This document shows positions 36,845 to 46,151 of a stretch of DNA of 64,000 bases, one piece after another. This stretch comes from an uncultured Bacilli bacterium (GTDB taxonomy: Bacteria > Bacillota_I > Bacilli_A > RF39 > UBA660). The notes under the pieces were generated by a model. The model was not told the DNA's origin, did no database searches, and worked only from the letters and a program-made list of their open reading frames with translations. Position 1 is the first letter of the stretch. Each line of letters opens with the position of its first letter. Both the position numbers and the translations under genes were made by a program. Where the stretch lies: positions 12,186 through 76,185 of the forward strand of contig CAKPKL010000007.1 in NCBI GenBank assembly GCA_934167485.1. The letters are read 5' to 3'.

Positions 36845-37630
36845 ATGAAAACTATAATACCTTTTAAAAAAGATGTTATTTTTAAAACTAATTTAAGCGA
36901 GATTACAAGTATTTCTTTAGAACACACTCTAACTATAAAGGATGACTTTGTCAAAGGAGAATTTATAATAAGTGGTGAATATAAAGTAAGTGATAAAAGT
37001 ACTTCAGTGGAACCATTTAATTTAAATTTACCATTTTCTATAGCTATAGATGAAAAATATGATACACAAAAGGCAACTATAGATATTGATGATTTTTATT
37101 ATGAAATTATAAATAATAATGTACTTAATATTTCTATAGATGTACTTGTAGATAAGTTACAAGAACACCAATTAATAGATATAGAACCACCTGTTGATGT
37201 AACACCAGTAAGGGATATTATTGAAGCAGAAGAAGTAAAAGAAAAAGAAGAAGATTCAATTAGAACTAGTGTAGAAGCAAAAAAAGAAGATTCAATTAAG
37301 GCTAGTGTAGAAGAAGAAAAAAGATGTATAGATGAAAGTGAAAAAGAAGACTATAATAAAAAACGAGAGGATGATAGTATGAATGATGTAAAGGATAGAG
37401 ATGGAGTAGAACTAGTAGAAGAAAAAATTAATTCTTTATTTAATCAATTTTCAAAAGATAGTGAGGTTTATGTAACTTATAATGTATTTATATTAAGAGA
37501 TGGAGATTCTATCGATAGTATAATGGAAAAATATAATATATCTCTTGATGAATTAAAAAAATATAATGATTTAAATAATTTAAAAATAGGTGATAAAATA
37601 ATTATTCCAAATACTTATGAAAGAGATTAG
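36845..37630 (+). CDS. SpoVID/SipL-like sporulation protein with a C-terminal LysM domain
   Basis: SpoVID-N-like start (IPFKKDVIFKTNLSEITSISLEH...ISGEYKV), an acidic linker, and the LysM segment YNVFILRDGDSIDSIMEKYNISLDELKKYNDL...GDKIIIP. Confidence 0.7.
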   Translation: MKTIIPFKKDVIFKTNLSEITSISLEHTLTIKDDFVKGEFIISGEYKVSDKSTSVEPFNLNLPFSIAIDEKYDTQKATIDIDDFYYEIINNNVLNISIDVLVDKLQEHQLIDIEPPVDVTPVRDIIEAEEVKEKEEDSIRTSVEAKKEDSIKASVEEEKRCIDESEKEDYNKKREDDSMNDVKDRDGVELVEEKINSLFNQFSKDSEVYVTYNVFILRDGDSIDSIMEKYNISLDELKKYNDLNNLKIGDKIIIPNTYERD

Positions 37631-38501
37631 TGAATTATTAAAACAAGAGGATATAAGAGCGCTCGGTTACCAAAAACAAGGAAATGTAGTAATAGCTGAC
37701 ACTAATATAGGAAAATTAGTTGTAAAAAAAAATAATAATAAAGATTATATATATGACTATTTAAATACTAGAAATTTTTCGTATTATCCTGAGATAATAA
37801 AAGAAAATAATTATGTTATTTCTAGATATATAGAAGATGTAAATATACCAAAAGATCAAAAAATATTTGATTTAGTAGATTTAGTATCACTTATGCATAG
37901 TAAAACTACTCATTATAAAAAAGTAAGTGAAGATGAATATAAAAAGATATATGAAGATCTGTCTAATAATTATGAATATTTATACGAGTATTATACAGAT
38001 ATTATAAATATAATTGATGATAAAGTATTTATGAGTCCTAGTGAATATTTATTAGCTAGAAATATTAGTTTTATATTTAAATCTATTGAACAAGGAAAAT
38101 CTTATATAGATAAATGGTTTAAAGAAGTAGAAGGATTAGATAAAATGAGAGTATCTATAGTACATAATAATTTAGATTTATCTCATTATATAAGAAATAA
38201 TAAAGATTATTTAATTAGTTGGGATAAATCAAAAATAGATATTCCTATATTTGATTTATACAATTTATATAATAACCATTTTCTAGATTTTGATTTTTTT
38301 GAATTATTAAAAGAGTATGAAAGTAAATATCCATTAAAATCATTTGAAAGAGATTTATTGTTTATATTAATTACAATGCCAAATAAAATAGAATTTAATG
38401 ATACAGAGTTTAACATGTGTATAAAAATAAGTAATGAAATAGATAAACTATATAAAAGTAATTCAATAATAGAAGAATATAAAAAATCTATCAAAAAATA
38501 G
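37617..38501 (+). CDS. CotS/YsxE-family spore-coat kinase-like protein
   Basis: The position directly after the spoVID-like gene matches B. subtilis spoVID-ysxE. It contains the kinase-like VHNNLDLSHY segment. Confidence 0.6.
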   Translation: MKEISELLKQEDIRALGYQKQGNVVIADTNIGKLVVKKNNNKDYIYDYLNTRNFSYYPEIIKENNYVISRYIEDVNIPKDQKIFDLVDLVSLMHSKTTHYKKVSEDEYKKIYEDLSNNYEYLYEYYTDIINIIDDKVFMSPSEYLLARNISFIFKSIEQGKSYIDKWFKEVEGLDKMRVSIVHNNLDLSHYIRNNKDYLISWDKSKIDIPIFDLYNLYNNHFLDFDFFELLKEYESKYPLKSFERDLLFILITMPNKIEFNDTEFNMCIKISNEIDKLYKSNSIIEEYKKSIKK

Positions 38502-38507
38502 ATTTTT

Positions 38508-38681
38508 TTACCATAGAATTCTAAAGAAAGAAAAAAATATAAAAGCTAGAAATAAGAAAATTAAGAAAAAATTAAATCTAGTAAAAATAAATATAGTAAG
38601 TATAAATTGATAAAATAGAAGAAAACTAAAAAATATTAAAATTAACCACCATAACCCTCTACCACGACACCATCTTCTCAT
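38508..38681 (-). CDS. Small hydrophobic protein (57 aa), absent from the supplied ORF track
   Basis: RBS aggtga lies 5 nt before the ATG. I translated it by hand as MRRWCRGRGLWWLIFNIFSFLLFYQFILTIFIFTRFNFFLIFLFLAFIFFSFFRILW*. Confidence 0.4.
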   Translation of the reverse strand: MRRWCRGRGLWWLILIFFSFLLFYQFILTIFIFTRFNFFLIFLFLAFIFFSFFRILW

Positions 38682-38730
38682 ATAATCACCTAATATATTT
38701 TATTAATATAAATAAATTAATTAAATTATA

Positions 38731-39216
38731 TTAGACTATATTATTTATAAATTTTGCTTTTTCACTTATTAAAATAGAGTTCTTATCAATTTCTTTAAAT
38801 ATACTACTAACATCATTAATTTCTTTTCTTTTTAACAATACTAGTATTATAGATAATTTATTATTTTCTTCAATAATAGTTACATTTTTAAATTTACTTA
38901 ATTTTTTCCTTATTTCATCTTCATAAATTTGCTTTACAATTCCTATTAAAACAACGTTCCCTAAAGCTATTTTTTCTTCTATAATGCTTCCTAAATAAGA
39001 ACCACATAAAGATCCCAAACAAAAGAAAACAATTTTTAATAAATCTTTATTTATATCAATAATTACAATACCTGTAACAAGAATCCATACAAGAGCAATC
39101 AATCCTTGTAGTAAAGCTCCTATTTTTTTCTTTCCATTAGCAACTAATATTAATCTTAAAGTAGATAGAGCATTTTCAATAATTTTAGAAAAAAATATAG
39201 CTAAATAAATAAACAT
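38731..39216 (-). CDS. UPF0316-family membrane protein (DUF2179-containing)
   Basis: The N-terminus IIENALSTLRLILVANGKK resembles the B. subtilis YebE family, by recollection. Confidence 0.55.
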   Translation of the reverse strand: MFIYLAIFFSKIIENALSTLRLILVANGKKKIGALLQGLIALVWILVTGIVIIDINKDLLKIVFFCLGSLCGSYLGSIIEEKIALGNVVLIGIVKQIYEDEIRKKLSKFKNVTIIEENNKLSIILVLLKRKEINDVSSIFKEIDKNSILISEKAKFINNIV

Positions 39217-39317
39217 ATAATCACCTTTTATTATTTTTTGTTCTATTATAAAATATTATTCATATAAAAAAATGTTCTAAAAAAATAAAAAAAGAATAAA
39301 ATTAATTGGTGATATAT

Positions 39318-40097
39318 ATGGATATAAGAGAAGGAGATTATGTAACAAGAATATCTCATAAACATGATATGGTATTTAAAGTAATTAGTATTACTGATGA
39401 TATTTGTTATTTAAAGGGCGCTAATGTAAGATTATATGCTGATAGTAATATAGATGATTTAGTTAAAATTGATTATAAAGAATCTGATGATAATGAAGAG
39501 GTAGAGAGATTAAAAGATTCAACAACACTTGATAGAGATGATTATTTTTATTTACCAGGTAAAATATTACATATAGATGGTGATGAAGATTATTTGGGTA
39601 GATGTTTAAAATACTACAGTAAAATAAATTTAATGGCTATGGGAATATGTGAGAATGAAAATAATGTATCTTCTAATATAAGAGAATATTTAGAAGAGTA
39701 TAATCCTAATATATTGGTAATAACTGGACATGATGCCTTTTATGATAAAAAGGGAAGCAAAGATAATATTAATAATTATAAAAATAGTAAAAATTTTGTA
39801 AGTGCGATAAAAGAGGCAAGAAAATTTGAAAAAAGTCATGATAAATTAATAATTATAGCAGGGGCATGTCAATCAGATTATGAGGAATTAATAAGAGCAG
39901 GAGCTAATTTTGCTTCTAGTCCTAAGAGAATAAATATTCATGCTCTAGATCCTGCAATTATTGCAAGTCGTATGAGTTTATCTGATATAAATAAAGACAT
40001 AGATTTAAAAAATATAATAGAAAGTACTAAATATGGAAAAGAGGGAATAGGTGGTATTATTACAAAAGGAACAATGTATATGGGGTATCCAAGATGA
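39318..40097 (+). CDS. yabG: Sporulation-specific protease YabG
   Basis: The N-terminus GDYVTRISHKHDMVFKVISI...LKGANVRLYAD, the ITGHDA block, and yabG-veg synteny. Confidence 0.8.
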   Translation: MDIREGDYVTRISHKHDMVFKVISITDDICYLKGANVRLYADSNIDDLVKIDYKESDDNEEVERLKDSTTLDRDDYFYLPGKILHIDGDEDYLGRCLKYYSKINLMAMGICENENNVSSNIREYLEEYNPNILVITGHDAFYDKKGSKDNINNYKNSKNFVSAIKEARKFEKSHDKLIIIAGACQSDYEELIRAGANFASSPKRINIHALDPAIIASRMSLSDINKDIDLKNIIESTKYGKEGIGGIITKGTMYMGYPR

Positions 40098-40303
40098 CAA
40101 TATCTAAAGTAAAAAAAGATTTATTAGAACATATGGGTGATATAGTTTCTATAAAATATAATTTAGGTAGAAATAAATATGAAGAATATGAAGCAAAAAT
40201 AAAAGAATTATATGATTATATATTCTTGGTAGATACTGATTATGGTGTAAAATCTTTTTCATATATAGATGTAATAACAAAAGTAATAAGAATTGACTAT
40301 TAA
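40094..40303 (+). CDS. veg: Veg protein
   Basis: Size is 69 aa, with GRNKYEEYEAKI...FSYIDVIT. It follows yabG as in Bacillus. Confidence 0.8.
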   Translation: MTISKVKKDLLEHMGDIVSIKYNLGRNKYEEYEAKIKELYDYIFLVDTDYGVKSFSYIDVITKVIRIDY

Positions 40304-40331
40304 CAAAATTAATGTTATAATTCTTTTACAT

Positions 40332-40674
40332 GGGGCCGTCTAGTTTCGACGGGTATGTTTGAGCTTTAATTGCAAGTCGTAAGGTAATGCGATAAATTCC
40401 AAAAATAAATAACTGGAAACAGAAATCAATTAGCTTTCGCTTAATATAATTTAGAAGGCACTCTAATAAATTTTTTCCTATGAAATTTATATAGGGTTCG
40501 ATTAAGTAGGATATATTATTGTGATGTCTATAAGCAATAATGAATTTTATAGACTTATCTTAAAATTGTTTGTTGATTAACGTATTTTAAGAGAAATTTA
40601 GTAATCAACTAAACTTGTAGATGTTATTGTGTTAATGTATTCGGACATGGGTGCGATTCCCATCGGCTCCACCA
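40332..40674 (+). ncRNA. ssrA: tmRNA (SsrA)
   Basis: 5' GGGGCCGTCTAGTTTCGACGGG and 3' GGACATGGGTGCGATTCCCATCGGCTCCACCA. The internal tag reading frame ends ...AATCAATTAGCTTTCGCTTAA (..NQLAFA*). Confidence 0.9.
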
Positions 40675-40935
40675 TTAATAAATTTGTTCGAACTATTCGG
40701 ACTTAATACAAATAAAAAAAACTTACCAAAATTTCTTTTTTATTCTATTGTTAGGATGTAAGCAAGAAAAATTACATATAATAAAAAAGAAAATACTCGA
40801 CTTTGTGATGATGAGTACTTACCTAAATAATTAGTTCAGTACTTAATCTATTGCAGGTTGAGTGCTTTTTTATATAGTTTTTAGTATTTAAATTTGTATA
40901 TAAAATAATCTATCTTTTAATAAATATAATATATT

Positions 40936-41313
40936 ATGGAAGATAAATTAGATAGAATAAAAAAAATAAATATAGAAAATTTTATTTGGGTTATATATAT
41001 TGGAATAATAATACTTAGTTGGTATGCTAATAGTAAAGAGAAAAAATTTATATTATTTGATGATCAAAAAAGTAAAAAAGAATACCAAAACTTGATGATA
41101 TTTATTTTTTCAATTTTAATTGTTGTATACTATTATTATACTAAAGATAGTTATGATGATATAAGTAAATTAAATGTGGAAGATACTAATAAGAAGGTAG
41201 CGCTAACATATGCATCTTTTATAGGCTCATTATTAATTTTAATAAGTGGAGCTATATTTTTAATTATAGCCATATTAGATGATAACATAGATACAGAACT
41301 TGCATTTAATTGA
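40936..41313 (+). CDS. Hypothetical membrane protein (3 TM segments)
   Basis: ORF with hydrophobic segments. Confidence 0.5.
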   Translation: MEDKLDRIKKINIENFIWVIYIGIIILSWYANSKEKKFILFDDQKSKKEYQNLMIFIFSILIVVYYYYTKDSYDDISKLNVEDTNKKVALTYASFIGSLLILISGAIFLIIAILDDNIDTELAFN

Positions 41314-41349
41314 TTTTAGTGTTATAGTACTATCTATTGGAGGTATAAT

Positions 41350-41955
41350 ATGTCTTATTGTAGTGAATGTACTTATTTAAATTTAAATTCTTGTGATGAT
41401 TACGGTAGATTTTGGTGTGAAAAAAAACTTGAAAGACATTCAGCAACTGAGCTTGAATGTGATAGATTTTGTCGTGCTTATTCAAGAAGTTCAAGTGAAG
41501 CAAACAGTGCTTATAACTATTCTAAAGATAATTCTAGTAGTGGAGGATGTTATTTAACTACTGTTATGTGTGATATTTTAAAAATGCCTGATAAAAATTA
41601 CTATCTTAATACATTAAGAGTATGGAGAGATAATACATTACATAATGATGAAACTTATAAACCATTATTAGTTGAATATGATGTAGTTGGACCAAAACTT
41701 GCTGAACATTTAAAAGACGATCCAATAAAGTATCAAATAGCTGCAACTACATTTTTTAGTTATATTAAACCTATTTGTGGTTTAATTAAGGAAAATAAAA
41801 ATGCTGAAGCTGTACAAAAATATGTAGATATGACAAATAAATTTAAACTTATATATAATATAGATAGTAGTATGATAAATCAAAAACTAATAGAGAATGC
41901 TGATATTGAAAAATCAGGTCATGGTAAATATATAGTAAAAAAATTAACTTATTAA
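41350..41955 (+). CDS. Cys-rich hypothetical protein
   Basis: N-terminal CSECTYLN..C..C cluster, with GGCYLTTVMC...LRVWRDNTL downstream. RBS ggagg. Confidence 0.55.
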   Translation: MSYCSECTYLNLNSCDDYGRFWCEKKLERHSATELECDRFCRAYSRSSSEANSAYNYSKDNSSSGGCYLTTVMCDILKMPDKNYYLNTLRVWRDNTLHNDETYKPLLVEYDVVGPKLAEHLKDDPIKYQIAATTFFSYIKPICGLIKENKNAEAVQKYVDMTNKFKLIYNIDSSMINQKLIENADIEKSGHGKYIVKKLTY

Positions 41956-42016
41956 TTTATTTTAATAAGTTTTTTTGATACAATAAAAGTGTCAATAATT
42001 ATGATGGAGGTTTTTA

Positions 42017-42891
42017 TGGGAGTAGAAGATAAATTAATTGATTTACATACACATACTTGTTATTCTGATGGTGAATTGAGTCCTTATGATTTAATAAGTA
42101 AAGCTATAGATAGTAATATAGGTGTTATAGCAATTACAGATCACGATACAATAGAAGGATTAAAAGTATTAAAAAATGATATAAAAGCACAACAATTAAT
42201 AAAGAACAATATTAGGTTAATAAATGGAATAGAACTTTCAGCAAAGTTTTCAATAGGTAAAATGCATATATTAGGTTTAGGAATAGATATAACTAATAAA
42301 AAACTAAATGAAAAAATGATTGAGTTAAAAAATAATAGTTTACAATCAGTATTATCGATAATGGAACAAATAAAAAGAGATTATAATATTGTATTTGGAT
42401 ATGAAGATATAAAAAATATGATTTGTTCTAATCATAACTTGGGTAGACCAGATTTAGCTAAATTATGTGTTAAATATGGATATGCGACAAGCATCAAGGA
42501 TGCATTTGATAAATATCTAATAGATGCACATAATAAGATAACTAAATTTCGTAAAGGAATAGATTATGAGGAATGTATAGATATAATAAAAGGTAGTGGG
42601 GGAGTACCAGTTTTAGCGCATCCTAAATCATTAAATTTAACAGAAAAAGAATTTTTATTACAATTAAAAAGAATGATTAATTATGGTTTAGAAGGTATAG
42701 AGGTATATCATTCTAGTTTTTCTTGTGATGATATTTTATATTATAAAGATATAGCTAAGACTTATAACTTATTAGAAAGTTGTGGCAGTGATTATCATGG
42801 CATGACAGTTAAACCTAATATAGAATTAGGGACTGGTAAGAATAATAACATAAAAATAAAAAAATTAGAAATATTAAATAAAATAAAATAA
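42017..42891 (+). CDS. PHP-domain phosphoesterase (TrpH/YciV-like)
   Basis: DLHTHTCYSDG, ITDHDT and AHP motifs. I chose the ATG at 42017 from RBS ggagg. Confidence 0.8.
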
Positions 42892-42924
42892 AATAAAAAG
42901 TTTTAACTGAATGCTAAAACTTTT

Positions 42925-43290
42925 TTATTTATCTAAATTAAGTTTAAGTGCTAACTGCTTTATGTTTTCACCCGTTTTGTCTTTATCTTTTATCATTTTT
43001 AAGCTTTCAAGTAAATCATTATCTAATAAATAATATAGTAAATCTGTTGGGATATTTAATCTATCTTTGCAAAAAGCATCCATTATTTCTTTTTGTTCTA
43101 TTTCAGTTAATAATATATTTTTAATAATTTTATTTATAACTGTCATTGTTACTTTTCTATTATTATTTTCTAAATCTGAAATATAAACAATACTAAGTTC
43201 AACTTTTGATGCAAATTGTCTAACAGTTAAATTTCTAGTAGCTCTAATTCTTTTTAAAATTTGCCCAAATTCTAATTTTTCATTATTCAT
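42925..43290 (-). CDS. XRE-family HTH regulator
   Basis: The N-terminal HTH segment LKRIRATRNLTVRQFASKVELSIVYISDLENNNR. Confidence 0.7.
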   Translation of the reverse strand: MNNEKLEFGQILKRIRATRNLTVRQFASKVELSIVYISDLENNNRKVTMTVINKIIKNILLTEIEQKEIMDAFCKDRLNIPTDLLYYLLDNDLLESLKMIKDKDKTGENIKQLALKLNLDK

Positions 43291-43394
43291 ATTAAATCTT
43301 CCTTTTTGTTCTATATTTTAACATTTATATGAGATTCTTTCAATATTTAATTAAAAAAAATAAAAAGGAAGCAAGATATTTTGCTTCATAAACT

Positions 43395-43811
43395 TTAATT
43401 TATTATAGATTTTATTAAATTTACAAATTCATTATTTGTTAAATCGGTTGCTTCAATAAAAAATTTATAATTATTATTTTCGAAAAATGCTTGTTTTTCA
43501 TTTGTATTATCAACACTAAATAATAGAATTTCTTTATCATTTATAATTGATGATTTAAATTCATTTTTATCTGGTAATAAACAACTTAATATATATTCTT
43601 CTTTAGTAAATGTAATTTCAATATGCTTTGTAGTTTCTTCATTTGTGCTATAAATAAGTACATATTGCCATAATTTAGAATAATTTGTATCATTTATATT
43701 TTCTTTCTCATATATTTCAAAAGATCTTTCTAATATATAATTTTTTGGGATACTTAGATTATTAACAAATTTAAATTCAATTGTTAAATCTTTATCAACA
43801 AGCTTTACCAC
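43395..43811 (-). CDS. Hypothetical protein (138 aa, GTG start)
   Basis: ORF only. Confidence 0.45.
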   Translation of the reverse strand: MVKLVDKDLTIEFKFVNNLSIPKNYILERSFEIYEKENINDTNYSKLWQYVLIYSTNEETTKHIEITFTKEEYILSCLLPDKNEFKSSIINDKEILLFSVDNTNEKQAFFENNNYKFFIEATDLTNNEFVNLIKSIIN

Positions 43812-43829
43812 CTATATCTAAATTTTGTT

Positions 43830-44030
43830 TTAAATTACCATTATTAATGATAATATTGTCATCTTTTTTACATAAGATTCGCTTATTTTTAATTCTTGTG
43901 ATATGTATTTTATTTTAAGTCCTAATACATAATATAAATAAAATATTTTAGGTATATTTTGATTCTTTTTAGATTTTATGTATTTCCAAATTAAATCATA
44001 TTCTTCATCTTTAATAATTAAATTTCTAAT
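43830..44030 (-). pseudogene. Sigma-70 region-4-like fragment without a start codon
   Basis: The minus-strand translation is IRNLIIKDEEYDLIWKYIKSKKNQNIPKIFYLYYVLGLKIKYISQELKISESYVKK..*. The ISQELKISESYVKK segment looks like a region-4 HTH. A stop lies directly upstream and there is no ATG. Confidence 0.35.
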
Positions 44031-44097
44031 ATAATTTTATCATATATTTATTTTATAATAACAAAAAAACTAACATTGTTGTTAGTTATTCTCAATT

Positions 44098-44171
44098 TGG
44101 AGGGCCTAGTCGGATTTGAACCAACGATCAGGGAGTTGCAGTCCCATGCCTTACCACTTGGCTATAGACCC
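44098..44171 (-). tRNA. tRNA-Cys (GCA)
   Basis: The reverse complement is GGGTCTATAGCCAAGTGGTAAGGCATGGGACTGCAACTCCCTGATCGTTGGTTCAAATCCGACTAGGCCCTCCA. The acceptor stem pairs, the anticodon loop is CTGCAAC, and CCA is encoded. Confidence 0.9.
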
Positions 44172-44387
44172 AAAAATTAATTACATACATAATATTACAC
44201 TAAATAAATTATTTTGTCAATTAATTAATATATTTATAGTAAAATTTATGAAAAAAATATAAAAATATGATTATGTTTTTTTTGTGAAAGTTATTGACAA
44301 AAATTTTAAATTACTATATATATAAATAAGTGCTTACATAAAAATAATTTTTTTTTAATGTTTGTATATAATATATGAGGTGATAAA

Positions 44388-46151
44388 ATGTTTAAAGTTT
44401 TAGGCAATTTAAAGAAAAAAGATATAATGTTTATATTTTTGAGCTTTTTACTTGTTGTTGTTCAAGTATGGTTGGAGTTAAAAATACCAGATTATATGAG
44501 TTCAATTACTAAGTTAATTCAAATGGATGGAAATAATATTGGTGATATATTACTTCAAGGTGGATATATGTTATTATGTGCTTTAGGTAGTTTAGTAGCT
44601 GCTATAATTGTTGGATATGCATCAGCACATGTGGCTGCTAATGAATCATTAGAACTTAGAGGTAAGATATTTAAAAAGGTTGGAGAATTTAGTAACGAAG
44701 AAGTTAAAAAGTTTTCAACTAGTAGTTTAATTACTCGTACTACTAATGATGTTACTCAAATTGAAATGTTTATATCTATGGGATTACAAATGATTTTTAG
44801 AGCTCCTATTATGGCTATTTGGGCTATAACAAAGATAATTAATAAAAGTGTTGAATGGAGTGCACTTACAGGTGGTTGTGTAGTTTTACTTTTAGCAACC
44901 ATTATTACGCTTATGATAATTGTTATACCTAGATTTGAAATAGTACAAAAATTAATTGATAAAATAAATGGAGTTACTAGAGAAAATCTAACAGGTATAA
45001 GAGTTATACGTGCTTTTAATGCTGAGGATTATCAAGAAAAAAGATTTGGTAAAGTAAATGATGATTTAACAAAAAATCAAATGTTTAATCAAAAGTGCTT
45101 TGCTATACTTAATCCTATTATGAATATAGTTATGCATTTTTTGACACTTGGTATTTATTTTATTGGGGCATATTTAATAACAAGTGCAACAATATCAGGT
45201 AAAATAGAGTTATTCAGTAATATGATAGTATTTACAAGCTATGGAATGCAAGTTATTATGTCTTTCTTAATGCTTGCTATGATATTTATGATATGGCCAA
45301 GAGCAAGTGTATCTGCTCGTCGTATAAATGAAGTGTTAGATGAGAAGGTATCTATTAAGGATGGTAATTTAAATACAAATGATTGTAAAGAAATAGGTAC
45401 TGTTGAATTTAGAGATGTTTCATTTAAATATCCAGATGCTGATGAATATTTACTTAAAAATATTTCATTTAAAGTAAACAAAGGAGAAACTATAGCTTTT
45501 ATAGGTTCAACTGGTTCAGGTAAGAGTACTCTTATTAATTTAGTACCAAGATTTTATGATGCTACTGATGGTGAAGTATTAATTGATGGTATAAATGTAA
45601 AGGATTATACATTAGAAGATTTACATAATAAATTAGGTTATGTTCCACAAAAAGCAGTTTTGTTTACAGGAACTGTTAATTCTAATGTTGCATATGGAGA
45701 TAGTGGGAGAGAAAATATTTCTAAAGATAAAATAAAAGAGGCAATTAAAGTTGCTCAAGGCGAAGATTTTGTTCTTAAAATGAATAAAAAATATGAATCA
45801 CATATAGCTCGTGGTGGTACTAATGTATCTGGTGGTCAAAAACAAAGACTTGCAATAGCAAGGGCAATAGCAAGAGATCCAGAAATTTATATTTTCGATG
45901 ATTCATTTTCAGCTCTTGATTATAAAACCGATTCTATTCTTAGAAAAGAATTAAAAAAATATACTAAGGATGCTACAAGTATGATAGTAGCGCAAAGAAT
46001 AGGTACTATAATTAATGCAGATAAGATAGTAGTTCTTGATAAGGGAGAATGTGTTGGAATAGGTACACATAAGGAATTGTTAAAAAAATGTAAAGTGTAT
46101 AAAGAAATTGCTTTATCACAACTTTCAAAGGAGGAGTTAGAAAATGCCTAG
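44388..46151 (+). CDS. ABC transporter ATP-binding/permease subunit (heterodimeric exporter, first half)
   Basis: TM domain plus Walker A GSTGSGKST, signature VSGGQKQR and Walker B IYIFDDS. Confidence 0.9.
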   Translation: MFKVLGNLKKKDIMFIFLSFLLVVVQVWLELKIPDYMSSITKLIQMDGNNIGDILLQGGYMLLCALGSLVAAIIVGYASAHVAANESLELRGKIFKKVGEFSNEEVKKFSTSSLITRTTNDVTQIEMFISMGLQMIFRAPIMAIWAITKIINKSVEWSALTGGCVVLLLATIITLMIIVIPRFEIVQKLIDKINGVTRENLTGIRVIRAFNAEDYQEKRFGKVNDDLTKNQMFNQKCFAILNPIMNIVMHFLTLGIYFIGAYLITSATISGKIELFSNMIVFTSYGMQVIMSFLMLAMIFMIWPRASVSARRINEVLDEKVSIKDGNLNTNDCKEIGTVEFRDVSFKYPDADEYLLKNISFKVNKGETIAFIGSTGSGKSTLINLVPRFYDATDGEVLIDGINVKDYTLEDLHNKLGYVPQKAVLFTGTVNSNVAYGDSGRENISKDKIKEAIKVAQGEDFVLKMNKKYESHIARGGTNVSGGQKQRLAIARAIARDPEIYIFDDSFSALDYKTDSILRKELKKYTKDATSMIVAQRIGTIINADKIVVLDKGECVGIGTHKELLKKCKVYKEIALSQLSKEELENA

